Source of the DNA: an uncultured Thermoplasmata archaeon
GTDB lineage: Archaea > Thermoplasmatota > Thermoplasmata > UBA10834
DNA: 64,000 nt
Assembly (NCBI GenBank): GCA_963719945.1
Contig: CAVRDX010000001.1
Location: 576,001 to 640,000 of the forward strand
Direction of reading: 5' to 3'
Positions 1-9,858 of this stretch are shown piece after piece (position 1 is the first letter of the stretch; each line of letters opens with the position of its first letter). Below the pieces are notes generated by a model that saw nothing but the letters and a program-made list of their open reading frames with translations, did no database searches and was not told the origin of the DNA. The position numbers and the translations under genes are program-made.

Positions 1-1205
1 TAACCATCATTCGATTCAATGCACTCGACAGAGATTCGACTGATATTACCACCATGGGCAATCGAATCCTCTAGGAGGTTTCTAAAGACCCTGTCAAGTG
101 CGTAGTCAGAACGAATTTCGATAGCATTAACGCATATCGTGAATTCAACCTCAGGTCTTTGCACAGCAAAGATAGCGGAATCTAGGACTTCCCTCAATGA
201 CTTCCAGACAGGTATCCCTCCGACCGTCTCCTGATAGCTACTTGAAAACTCTAATTGTCTCATGATGACGTTTGATGCAGTGATGATTCGACCAATGGCT
301 TTCTTGACCATCTCAGGGTCTCCTTTTCGAGCCAGGTCAGCATATCCTATGATGGCATTCAATTGGTTGAACGTGTCGTGCTTAATCAGATGGGTCATTA
401 GCTCCAATTTCTTATTTGCCTGCCGTAGAGCCTGCTCATTCATCACCCGTTCAGTGACATCGCGACTGATACCCTCTATCATCACCACATCACCTGATTC
501 GTCCTTTATGAAGCCCCATCGATCTTCGGCCCAGAGCACCGTCCCATCTCTTCTGACCCACCTCAATGTCAATGGCTGCTTGAATTCATCGACATCTGCA
601 AATGCATGATTGAGCTTCTCTGCATCCTCTGGGTGGATGCATCTGAATAGAAGATCCGGATCGGAATAGAATTCTTCAGGGGTGTAGCCAACCCAATCAA
701 TCGATGCATTGTTCATATACTCAACCTTGATCACAGGCTTCATCAGGACCCTCCAAATCAGGTCCGGGACGGTCTGTGCCAATCTCTGAAAACGGTCCCA
801 CATTTCTGCTCTGGATCGTTCAGCAAGCACGGTCTCATATGATTTAAAGATCAGATTTGACAATTCGGAAATCATGCGAGGTGTATCCGTCGATTTCTGG
901 ACATAGAAATCGGCACCCTCATTCAACGCTTGCATCGCAACATCCTCCTTTCCTCGACCAGTTAGGAGGATGAATGGGGTATCGTTCCCTTCGCTGCGGA
1001 GAACCTTCAGTAGCTCGATACCATCCATCTCAGGCATCTGGTAATCCGACACTACAACATCAAACTCATCAGCTCTGATGCGTGACAATGCTTCGAGCAC
1101 GGCAAGAGATATCTCCACGGCAATGTCCTCCTTCTTCTCAAGAAGGACCTTCATCACGTCAGCCATGGACTCCTCATCGTCAATGTACAGGACCTTGATA
1201 GTCAT
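1..1205 (-). CDS. Hybrid sensor kinase, REC-PAS-HisKA-HATPase (3' end runs off the window)
   Basis: Hand translation from the ATG at 1205: MTIKVLYIDDEE...VVSDYQMPEMDGIELL...FILLTGRG...ALNEGADFYVQK (receiver). A PAS region with IHPEDA and an H-box IKHDTFNQLNAIIGY follow. Absent from the ORF track because it is truncated. Confidence 0.9.
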   Translation of the reverse strand, partial: MTIKVLYIDDEESMADVMKVLLEKKEDIAVEISLAVLEALSRIRADEFDVVVSDYQMPEMDGIELLKVLRSEGNDTPFILLTGRGKEDVAMQALNEGADFYVQKSTDTPRMISELSNLIFKSYETVLAERSRAEMWDRFQRLAQTVPDLIWRVLMKPVIKVEYMNNASIDWVGYTPEEFYSDPDLLFRCIHPEDAEKLNHAFADVDEFKQPLTLRWVRRDGTVLWAEDRWGFIKDESGDVVMIEGISRDVTERVMNEQALRQANKKLELMTHLIKHDTFNQLNAIIGYADLARKGDPEMVKKAIGRIITASNVIMRQLEFSSSYQETVGGIPVWKSLREVLDSAIFAVQRPEVEFTICVNAIEIRSDYALDRVFRNLLEDSIAHGGNISRISVECIESNDG

Positions 1206-1466
1206 CGATTCACCGTCTTTTCGCAGACTAGTAGATCTAGTCAGGTCAATTTTCGAACCTCTAGGTCAACCTAGGATGATGCCGGTATTGATGAGATAAA
1301 TAGAAACATAAAACGCTGTAAAGTTTTCTGCCCGACATACAAAACACAGGCGTACACAATAATACATCCAAGTACAATTCTCTTGAATTCGAACACATTA
1401 TGTCATTCACTCTAATTCATCAATCCTGATAGGATAGATGACAAGGAAGTCAGTACTCGATCTCAT

Positions 1467-2030
1467 CTAGCCGTTCTCAATCATGTCATCGAGATGGAGG
1501 ACCATGAAGATGTCGTCATAATAGTGACCACATTCCTTCACCGCATGAGGTAGGCAACCCACCCGCCTAAAACCGAGCTTCTCATATAGCGCGATTGCGC
1601 GCGAATTGTAGCTATAAGTCACTAGGTCGATCAATTCCAGACCTGACATTCGTTTGCGCGCAAGAGCGACCGTAGTCCTCATCATAGCCTCTCCGATGCC
1701 TCTCCCACGTGCACACTTGTTGATCGCAATGCCAATTTGAGCCCTATGCTTCTCTTTCCACATGCGCCGCTGCACGCTACAGTTGCCGACTATTCTATCG
1801 TCTATCTCAAGGATGAGCATGACCATGGACCTTTTCCGTATCTGTCCGAGGAGAGCTTCAAGCCATGCTTCTTCAGCCTTCAAAGTCATAGGGCGAGTAA
1901 ATGGAATGCCAGACATCGGCTCTCGGATTATCTGGTTGATGAACCTCATCAACTGCTTTGCATCAGTCGATCTCGGTTCCCTCAGAACGATTTCTGAGCC
2001 ATCTTTGGCTCTGAGATGGTAACTGACCAT
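1467..2030 (-). CDS. GNAT family N-acetyltransferase (RimJ/RimL-like)
   Basis: Motif A ARGRGIGEAMM; NSRAIALYEKLGF. Confidence 0.9.
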   Translation of the reverse strand: MVSYHLRAKDGSEIVLREPRSTDAKQLMRFINQIIREPMSGIPFTRPMTLKAEEAWLEALLGQIRKRSMVMLILEIDDRIVGNCSVQRRMWKEKHRAQIGIAINKCARGRGIGEAMMRTTVALARKRMSGLELIDLVTYSYNSRAIALYEKLGFRRVGCLPHAVKECGHYYDDIFMVLHLDDMIENG

Positions 2031-2109
2031 ATGGATAATGTAATCGCTAGCGGAGTATTAGTCTTCTCACAATAGTACTGTCAGAATCCCTGCGGATAGT
2101 CATCCATCT

Positions 2110-2601
2110 TCAAGAACAGAGCTTCTTTGCGAGCGTTGCGACTCTCTTCCCGAGCGCCATGCAGGATTTTATCTCCACAGTCTTCGGAGACTCGACGGCT
2201 GTCGCGCCATAGTGCTTGTTATCGTATCTGCCCTGGACCACCATCCCATGGATCAGAAGAGCATGCGTCATGGATAGCAGGGTCGTTTCCGCACCACATG
2301 CCGTGTCTCCAGAGCTGGTGAACACTCCACCCACCTTCCCGACCAGCTTACCATGAATCTTAAAGGAAGTATCGATAAACTCCTTGAGCTTTCCCGACAT
2401 CCCACCGTAGTATGTCGGAGACCCCAGTATGATGCCATCCGCATCCAGGAGATCATTCAGGCGCACCTTTCCGACCATCTTGACCGTTACTTCAGTGTTC
2501 GCGACTCCCTTGGCACCTTCTGCTACTGCCAGGGCCATCTTCTCAGTATTTCCCGTTCTTGAGTCATATACAACCAATATCTTCGTCATATCGAACACCA
2601 C
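2110..2601 (-). CDS. Flavodoxin-fold NAD(P)H:quinone oxidoreductase (WrbA-like)
   Basis: ILVVYDSRTGNTEKMA FMN loop; GSPTYYG; GKVGGVFTS. Confidence 0.88.
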   Translation of the reverse strand: MVFDMTKILVVYDSRTGNTEKMALAVAEGAKGVANTEVTVKMVGKVRLNDLLDADGIILGSPTYYGGMSGKLKEFIDTSFKIHGKLVGKVGGVFTSSGDTACGAETTLLSMTHALLIHGMVVQGRYDNKHYGATAVESPKTVEIKSCMALGKRVATLAKKLCS

Positions 2602-2740
2602 CGCTTAAACGCGATTTTATAATCGTCGGACAAGTACTTGAACAATCTGTCGAATCCAAGATCGAGTTGCCTTCGGATTACAAGTGCCTCGAATCGATGC
2701 ATGTGAATCATTTAATTCCAACATAGGGATTACCGTTCCA

Positions 2741-3073
2741 ATGAAGAAAGTAAGTCTCGATAAATTCGAAGCAACTAAGCCAGAAGGGACCAAGGGTGTT
2801 GATTTCAGACCAATGCTTGCCCAGAATGTCGATCCACCGAACTTTTATCTCAGAGTGTTCGACATCTCGCCAGGTGGGTACACGCCCAGACATACTCACG
2901 ACTGGGAACACGAGATCTTTGTAGTAAAGGGAACGGGAAAGATCTCATTGAGCAATAGAGATGAGATCATCTCAGAAGGAGATGCCATCTATGTGGAACC
3001 AAATGAATTGCACCAATTCCTCAACGATGGGGCAACCCTCATGCGAATGATATGTGTGGTCCCGAGACAATGA
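2741..3073 (+). CDS. Cupin domain protein
   Basis: HTHDWEHEIFVVKG and PNELHQF cupin motifs; start moved to the ATG at 2741. Confidence 0.88.
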   Translation: MKKVSLDKFEATKPEGTKGVDFRPMLAQNVDPPNFYLRVFDISPGGYTPRHTHDWEHEIFVVKGTGKISLSNRDEIISEGDAIYVEPNELHQFLNDGATLMRMICVVPRQ

Positions 3074-3295
3074 CCCACCTGAGGATGGCACCTCGAGGAC
3101 CCACGCGCTAATTGTGATTGCTTTCATGGCCATCGCAATCTATCGAATTCAAAGAGCATCCCAAGAGAGATCTGCATAGCAGGAGAAAGCATCCAAATCA
3201 CAAGGATTCAACTTCACCATGACGGGATCAGTCGCTGGGACAATCACCCATTGGATCCAGGGCATCAATCTGATTCATAATAGCGCACAGGAGCA

Positions 3296-3814
3296 TCATC
3301 TCATCCTGGACCGCCCGGCGAGCATGTATATGATATCCTGTCGTGTGATTATGCCTATGACTTTCTCAGCCTTTACGACCGGAAGTCGATTGACCCCAAA
3401 TTCGGCCATCAATTTCAATGCTCGATCCAGAGAATCGTTTGCCCCCAATGAATACAATGGTCGTCCTGTCTCAAGCAAGGATGACACTCGACTCTCTGCG
3501 ACCGCACTGATGCTCGAAGTGATCTCTCTCAGAGATTCCGTGTCAGTCGCGGATGTATCGCCATCAGCACTGGTTGCTTTCCGCAATGCATCGGCTTTAC
3601 TGTATCTCTCGAAAATCCATCTGAGTATATCAGTCGTGCTGAGTATTCCAACAAAAACTCCGTCATCGTTCAACACAGGCGCACCAGAGATTTCATGCTC
3701 CATGAGCTTCAGCCAGCATTCTAGAACGTGGTCTGACGACTTCAATGAGATGACGTTCACATTCATCACATTCTGGACGCTCATGTAGCGAATCCTATCC
3801 AAATCTCCCGGCAT
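3296..3814 (-). CDS. CBS domain pair protein
   Basis: ISGAPVLNDDGVFVGILSTTD and VNRLPVVKAEKVIGIITRQD. Confidence 0.9.
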   Translation of the reverse strand: MPGDLDRIRYMSVQNVMNVNVISLKSSDHVLECWLKLMEHEISGAPVLNDDGVFVGILSTTDILRWIFERYSKADALRKATSADGDTSATDTESLREITSSISAVAESRVSSLLETGRPLYSLGANDSLDRALKLMAEFGVNRLPVVKAEKVIGIITRQDIIYMLAGRSRMR

Positions 3815-3880
3815 CGCTGTCGATCTCCACTATTTGATAATGTACGGCACGCATAGATTACCCTTTCTCAATGGTCTGTC

Positions 3881-4978
3881 TCATACATCAGGCCGGCGAT
3901 TCGAGGGACGGCTTGACACCGGATCCGCCATTCCAAGGATCTTGCGGAGTAGTGCACCATAATGACCGTCCCTAAGTTCCTTTGCTGCAGCCGTCGAGAC
4001 CAATGAGATGATCGGATCGCCTTTCAATACATCTGCCTCAATCAATGGCTTCATCATACGCTGCATCTCAGAAAGGTAGTCGCGATAATCCTTGAACATG
4101 TACGTGGTATGGGCCTCATAGTCTCTCTCCAGAGTGTACCAAGAGAGGTTTATCCAATCACCACACGAGAGCTCTCTTCGCACGTCCAGATCAATATCCG
4201 GTCTAAAACGCAGATGAACATAAGCTATGAGATCGATGTTCCATAGAACCAACGGAATCATGCAGACTCGCTTGTACATCCCTTTCCGTTCTAGCCTTTT
4301 GCGCACATTCGTGACAGTCTGCCTAGAACGGCCCATCAGATGACCCAATTGAGCATCGCTGGCATGTGGATACTCGACAAGGTTTACAAGGGTCCGCTTC
4401 TCGACCAGGGATAGCTCCGTTGTGTGAACATCAAATTTCAACGGAAGGTTCGGCTCGGGTCTCGGCGCATCAATCCCGAATATCCGGTGTAGCGCTGGCG
4501 CGAAATTGTATGTATAGCACACATTCGAGATTTCAAGCGGGAAGAATGCGGCCCGAAGATCAGCCTTCTCGCTCGATTGAATGTCTGAAAAGCATCGTTC
4601 GTATCGATCGATGGCGAGTAGATAGTCTGAGAAGCCTCTGTACACTCCGCTCATCATGATGAATCCCTCGCCAGAGGCGCTGTCGAATATCTCAGGGGTC
4701 CGATCGAGGAATCTGAGATGCGCCGAATCCTTCACATCCTTTGGAACCGCAGGATTGGTCGTCCCATATAATTGAACAAAAATCGTACAGCCCAGCTTAT
4801 GAAATGCGGGAGTGTTTGCGAAGTATATGTGTCTCGAATCCATCAGCCTTCTTCGTATCGATGACGCGGTGCTCTCCTTTATCCCAGACCGTCGAGCCAA
4901 AGCTGCATCCGTGAGGTTGGCGTCTCGCATAAGCCAGTAAATGACGAGCATCTCGGATTCTCTAAGCGGCCTTTCCAT
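3881..4978 (-). CDS. Transcriptional regulator with duplicated Lrp/AsnC-like HTH modules
   Basis: Two HTH segments (LTDAALARRSGIKESTASSIRRRL; SDAQLGHLMGRSRQTVTNVRKRLE), each followed by a RAM-like region. Confidence 0.7.
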   Translation of the reverse strand: MERPLRESEMLVIYWLMRDANLTDAALARRSGIKESTASSIRRRLMDSRHIYFANTPAFHKLGCTIFVQLYGTTNPAVPKDVKDSAHLRFLDRTPEIFDSASGEGFIMMSGVYRGFSDYLLAIDRYERCFSDIQSSEKADLRAAFFPLEISNVCYTYNFAPALHRIFGIDAPRPEPNLPLKFDVHTTELSLVEKRTLVNLVEYPHASDAQLGHLMGRSRQTVTNVRKRLERKGMYKRVCMIPLVLWNIDLIAYVHLRFRPDIDLDVRRELSCGDWINLSWYTLERDYEAHTTYMFKDYRDYLSEMQRMMKPLIEADVLKGDPIISLVSTAAAKELRDGHYGALLRKILGMADPVSSRPSNRRPDV

Positions 4979-5070
4979 GGTGACCTAATGGTCACTCACA
5001 TAAGAGAATGTTGCCTTGGAAAGACGCGCGGTCATCCACCAAAGACTCGTCAGAAACGCATTGTGAGAGC

Positions 5071-6447
5071 CTAGACCAGCTCTTTCAGAGTCTTCTTTAC
5101 AGCAGATTCAAAGATGTCCAGACCAAGATCGAGCTGTTCGTCGGATATTATTATGGGCGGGGCGATCCTGAATACGTTCCCATACATACCTGCAGTTATC
5201 ATCATCAGACCTTTCCGCCAGACCTGACCCTGCATCCTTGGAACGAGCATTGGCTCCTTTGTGCTCTTGCTCTTGACCATCTCGACACCGATCATAAGGC
5301 CCTTTCCGCGGACATCTCCGATGATCTCATATTTGTCCTTCATCTCGTTCAATCTCTTGAGCGCATGTGCACCCAATATCTTTGCTCGGGTCGACAGGTC
5401 CTGCTCAATGATCTCCCTGACGTGCGCCAATCCGGCTGCCATGCTTATTCCATTCCCGCCGAATGTCGAAGAATGTGAGCCTGGTCGCCAGACCCCCATT
5501 ATCTCCTTCTTCGCAATTATTCCTCCGAGTGGGATTCCGCCACCAAGTGCCTTCCCTGTGATGAGGATATCGGGTATAGTCGAAGTAGAATCGCACTCCC
5601 AAAGCTCGCCCGTCCGCGCGAGCCCAGTCTGTATTTCATCAGCGACCAGGAGCATCTTTCTCTGATCACACAGTCTCCTCAGTCGCGGCATGAATTCCGG
5701 AGGCGGGACGATATAGCCGCCTTCTCCCTGCAATGGCTCCACGAATATCGATGCGACTGACCCGCTTGGGCCACCGTAGTCCAGTATTCCGTTCTCGAGG
5801 TATTCCATGCAGGCCATGCCACAAGATGGATATTCCTGCTTGAACCAGCACCTGTAGCAATACGGATATGGGGCAAAATGCACGCCGGGTGTGAAGGGAC
5901 CGTGACCATACTTGTACTTCACCCTGCTGGCGAGCGCCAATGCGTTGCCTATTCGGCCATGATACGCACCCATAAATGCGATATGCTCACCAGATTTCGA
6001 ATAGTATCTAGACAGCTTGATCGCAGCCTCGACGCCCTCGGCTCCGCTGTTGCCGAAGAAAGTGTTTGTCAGGGCGCCTCCAGGAGATATCTTTGCCAAT
6101 AGTTCGGCGAACTCAGCCTCCTTGTCAAAATAGGCATCGTTTGCCAATGAATGAATCAGGTCACCTGCCTGCTCCCGTATAGCCTCGACGACCCGAGGAT
6201 TGGACCACCCTGCATTCATCACAGAGATGCCAGCAGAGAAATCCAAATACACGTTGCCATCTGCATCCATTATTGCTGCGCCGGATGAACGCTTCATGGT
6301 GAACTGAAACATTCGATCGTATGCATGTGAAACGAATTCTCGGTCCTTTTCAATGATTGTCTTGCTTGCCGGACCAGGCGGTGGAACGACAAGTTTCGGT
6401 GCGTTCCTTGCCCAACCTGCAACCCATTCTGGAAGACTCAGATCCAT
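5071..6447 (-). CDS. Class III PLP aminotransferase (4-aminobutyrate/putrescine/ornithine aminotransferase-like)
   Basis: NSGAEG, AYHGR, EPLQGEGGY, DEIQTGLARTG, GKALGGG (PLP Lys), STFGGN; start reassigned to MDLSLP at 6447. Confidence 0.92.
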   Translation of the reverse strand: MDLSLPEWVAGWARNAPKLVVPPPGPASKTIIEKDREFVSHAYDRMFQFTMKRSSGAAIMDADGNVYLDFSAGISVMNAGWSNPRVVEAIREQAGDLIHSLANDAYFDKEAEFAELLAKISPGGALTNTFFGNSGAEGVEAAIKLSRYYSKSGEHIAFMGAYHGRIGNALALASRVKYKYGHGPFTPGVHFAPYPYCYRCWFKQEYPSCGMACMEYLENGILDYGGPSGSVASIFVEPLQGEGGYIVPPPEFMPRLRRLCDQRKMLLVADEIQTGLARTGELWECDSTSTIPDILITGKALGGGIPLGGIIAKKEIMGVWRPGSHSSTFGGNGISMAAGLAHVREIIEQDLSTRAKILGAHALKRLNEMKDKYEIIGDVRGKGLMIGVEMVKSKSTKEPMLVPRMQGQVWRKGLMMITAGMYGNVFRIAPPIIISDEQLDLGLDIFESAVKKTLKELV

Positions 6448-6723
6448 GAAATCCCCGATCCGAGGAGGTCGTCCATAAATGACCACGCTCCTCACGGGTG
6501 CGTACTGCGCGCAATGGATATCAAGATTGCTGACATTTTTCCATACTGGCATGGACCAATCAATATCGACAATTCACGGCTCTACACCATACATCTCATG
6601 GATTCTGCAACCCCGCATATCCGCGTGATAACGATTGCCCTTTTCTGAGACATGATATCTGGGATTATGCTAGGTGGGAACCTCGATGCATCGATCAGAA
6701 GCTGATATCCTGTCCCAGACCGA

Positions 6724-7791
6724 CTATCTTGACAATCGTTCCATAACGGCTTTGATGATCAAAGGCCAGGCGATTGTAGCATCCGAGAAGACCTCTGCGT
6801 ATCTGCCACCTTCGGATCTGGGGACGATCTTGCCCCATGAAACACCTTCAGAGTAAGAGCATCCAGAAAGGCCGCCCCAATGTACAGGCTCAGGGCAGAT
6901 ACGAACTGCATAGTCGAATCTCTTGAATCCGCCGCCACTGCCTACACGCTTATTGATGATGTCCAGATATGGACCTACTTGCTGGGCCCAATTTCGGGGT
7001 ACACCTCCTCCGATCGTGAGGATCCCCAGTTTCTTTGATGCCAATACCCTATCGGTATAGTCTTCAAGGTCTGCAAATGCATCATACTTTATAGGGGTCT
7101 TCCCCGCAAGCTTCATGCGTCTCATATATACGCCAAAATCCAATCCCAACTCCGAGTCTGTGAATGATGGCACATAAACCGGGACCTTCTTCAGATATGC
7201 AGACTTCAAAATGCCCCTCTGGTCCTCGGTCGTGTTCTCGGCCAGATGCTTGCCGATCAACCAGTTGAGCGCGAAACTCCCGAGAGATTCAGACCCTCCG
7301 GTTGCTTTCTCCATGACATCCCGAAAGATGAGTTCCATGTCATCGAGACTTCTCTCAAGCTCGATCGTGTCATATATCCGATTGTAGCCCTTGTGATAGA
7401 GTTGCACATCATTCATGAACTCGCTGTGCTTGAAGTGTGCTCGACCCGTGGATTCTACCATTCCGTGAGCCATGATAGCTCCTGTTGTGACGACCGCATC
7501 GGTCATCCCTTGGTCGATCATATCGCAAACGATAAGTCCCATCTTGGCGGGCGTCATCGCCCCTGACAGAGTGAGGACCTTGAAACAGTCTTCATCCTCA
7601 ACCATATCCTGCACTACTTCGGCAGCCTCCCCAACACTCCTTGCTCCGAAACTGCACTTGCCCATCGCATACACAAGATCGGAGACCGTATGGATGTTGG
7701 ATAGGTCCAATGAAGCCAATGGCTCCAACTTGTCGCTCGCGCCGTCGCTCAGATCACCAGTCTTGCGGATCTTCTTACCAGTTCGTGACAT
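6724..7791 (-). CDS. dys: Deoxyhypusine synthase (or DHS-like homospermidine synthase)
   Basis: LSGAMTPA, TTGA, YNRIYD, IGGGVPRN, GGLSGC-SYSEGVSWGK (catalytic Lys). Confidence 0.9.
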   Translation of the reverse strand: MSRTGKKIRKTGDLSDGASDKLEPLASLDLSNIHTVSDLVYAMGKCSFGARSVGEAAEVVQDMVEDEDCFKVLTLSGAMTPAKMGLIVCDMIDQGMTDAVVTTGAIMAHGMVESTGRAHFKHSEFMNDVQLYHKGYNRIYDTIELERSLDDMELIFRDVMEKATGGSESLGSFALNWLIGKHLAENTTEDQRGILKSAYLKKVPVYVPSFTDSELGLDFGVYMRRMKLAGKTPIKYDAFADLEDYTDRVLASKKLGILTIGGGVPRNWAQQVGPYLDIINKRVGSGGGFKRFDYAVRICPEPVHWGGLSGCSYSEGVSWGKIVPRSEGGRYAEVFSDATIAWPLIIKAVMERLSR

Positions 7792-7830
7792 CGGTCAACC
7801 TCCATATCGTACTGGAGATCGTCATCATAT

Positions 7831-8430
7831 CTACTTCGGCCCTGATGCAGGACCACTGACCGCAGAGCGCACATCCTCGCTGTCGTAAACGAACACTGCA
7901 GCTGCAAGCACGGTTGTATATCCACCGGATTTATCGCCTTCAGCAGTCTTGGTCACATTGAACGATCTGACGATCTTGCCACTCATCTTGTATTGATCCT
8001 CGCGCTCGTCCCAATCCATATCGGCATCAAATGAGATGCCCAGGGTCGTTGCTAGCATCGTAGCAGCAAGGTCCTCCGCGATATCTCCAGCCGTCGCGGA
8101 ATTTGAGCCGAATGCATGATATTCAGATATGTAGCCATACTGAGTCTCATCTGCAGGCACGGCACAACCGACCGCCGCAGCCACCATTCTATTGGGCTCG
8201 TTCGTCGAGTTCCTCGACATGACAACGAAAGCGATCTGCCCCGGGTTCATGTCCTTGAGGCCTTCTTCCCTAGAGACGATCTTGCATCCTGGGGGAAGGA
8301 TACTGGATACGGATACCAGGTTGAATTTCTCTATACCAGCATCTCTAAGCGCCATCTCGAAAGATTGCAGCTCGTGCTTATGACGTCCCACACCCTTGGT
8401 GGTAAACATTTTCTTCGGCACTATAGGCAT
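7831..8430 (-). CDS. pdaD: Pyruvoyl-dependent arginine decarboxylase
   Basis: [25 protein letters not shown] (S-S self-cleavage site); YGYISEYH. Confidence 0.93.
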   Translation of the reverse strand: MPIVPKKMFTTKGVGRHKHELQSFEMALRDAGIEKFNLVSVSSILPPGCKIVSREEGLKDMNPGQIAFVVMSRNSTNEPNRMVAAAVGCAVPADETQYGYISEYHAFGSNSATAGDIAEDLAATMLATTLGISFDADMDWDEREDQYKMSGKIVRSFNVTKTAEGDKSGGYTTVLAAAVFVYDSEDVRSAVSGPASGPK

Positions 8431-8615
8431 AATTCGAACGTATTATGAAATCACGTTCTTAAAACTATTTCTCGGACCAGATTCCCTATCATTTTAGACT
8501 CACCACTGGCAAAATGGTTCTAAAAACGAAATGTTCGAACGATTTTCGGATGTGAAGAAAGGGTCATCGATACGAGAGAATCATCTCACGTCCTGATGAA
8601 TCATAATTCCAAGAT

Positions 8616-9164
8616 TCAATGACCGGATATGTCATCGACGAGATCAATCGTCAGGCCAGATAATGCCTCGAGAGCAGGATCGTCATCGAAGTAGAACGGG
8701 GATACATAGAACACTACTATGGATTCGAAATCGACTTTGCAGAACCATGCGAGCGCACCTATCTCCGCGACTTTCACTCGTTCGATGTGCTGAAGCGGGG
8801 GATATCCGACCACGACATCGTAGAACACACCATAGACGTATTCTTTAGCAAAGTGACCGGCAAATGGATAGTCGGCTGATTTCGACTCAACGACAATATC
8901 GACATCGACCCCGTATTGTTCGTGCACATAGTCTTCGGCATAACTATCAAGACGATCGAAAGCCGCGCTGAATGCTGTGCTCGGAGCACTGATTATTCGT
9001 ATGGTTGCTATCGCAATGAACGCTCTTCCGTTCGTGTATATCGATTCGAAAATATTGGGGAATGAGTTGTATCGCTTCGTCGCAATCGTAAGATTCGCCA
9101 AGCTCGAAGGTTTTGCCTCGGTAACAGGATATGCAAAGAAGGAGACACACAAGAGCACGGCCAC
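8616..9164 (-). CDS. Hypothetical secreted protein (5' end possibly frameshifted)
   Basis: 182-aa ORF with a hydrophobic N-terminus ending in TEA|K; no recognised domain. Confidence 0.55.
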   Translation of the reverse strand: MAVLLCVSFFAYPVTEAKPSSLANLTIATKRYNSFPNIFESIYTNGRAFIAIATIRIISAPSTAFSAAFDRLDSYAEDYVHEQYGVDVDIVVESKSADYPFAGHFAKEYVYGVFYDVVVGYPPLQHIERVKVAEIGALAWFCKVDFESIVVFYVSPFYFDDDPALEALSGLTIDLVDDISGH

Positions 9165-9781
9165 GAACCAGAGGCATAGGCGTTCATAATCCTCTTAGAT
9201 TGGAGCCATGACCCAAACAATATCAGGGATGCATCTAATTCAAGAAAATAATAAAAAGAGAGGGGGGAAGTTCAATACATATTTCGTCTTCTGAGCATAT
9301 AAAGACATAGGATTGGAGTGGTTTTTCCAAACATTCTAATGACGAAAGTTTCATATATTATCTATTTGCCAATTGCACCTTATACAACACACACGTTCAC
9401 ATTCTACCATTGTTGCACCCTCATGTGCTTTGACGGTCACTCGCACTCTCCGCCTGACACAACCTCAAGACTTCAATCAGAATTGCCAGACTAGAGCCTG
9501 TTGTTTTCTCAAGCATCTTGAGTTTCATGTCCTAGAAGAATATCGAAGAGTCTTCGTTCAGAACAATCTTCGTGATCTCTTCGTGCATGAGTCATATCTT
9601 TGAAAGGACCAAACAATACTTCACAGCGTGAACATGACACGCACAATATTCTTGGGGGATGGGAGAGAATCATCAAGTCAGTATCACCATCCGGCATATG
9701 AGAAACCAATTAATACAGCGTTAACCATCACGAGTCATCGGAGTCGAACACCTTCTCTGAAAAGTGAGCCTTTGGGGAGAC

Positions 9782-9818
9782 TCATTTGGGGGGTTGCACC
9801 CCCCAAAATGATTTTTTT
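9782..9818 (+). terminator. GC hairpin plus T-tract, terminator-like
   Basis: TCATTTGGGGGG-TTGCA-CCCCCCAAAATGA followed by TTTTTTT. Confidence 0.55.
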
Positions 9819-9858
9819 CTTATTCGAATCGATTCATCATCCGATGCCATCAGAGCGA

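Noticed and set aside
9272-9334. 20-codon minus-strand ORF MFGKTTPILCLYMLRRRNMY between a TATA-like box and a pyrimidine tract
   Set aside because: Too short to support without homology or expression data.
9509-9709. 66-aa Cys/His-containing ORF (possible zinc finger)
   Set aside because: No clear RBS and the ligand spacing is unconvincing.
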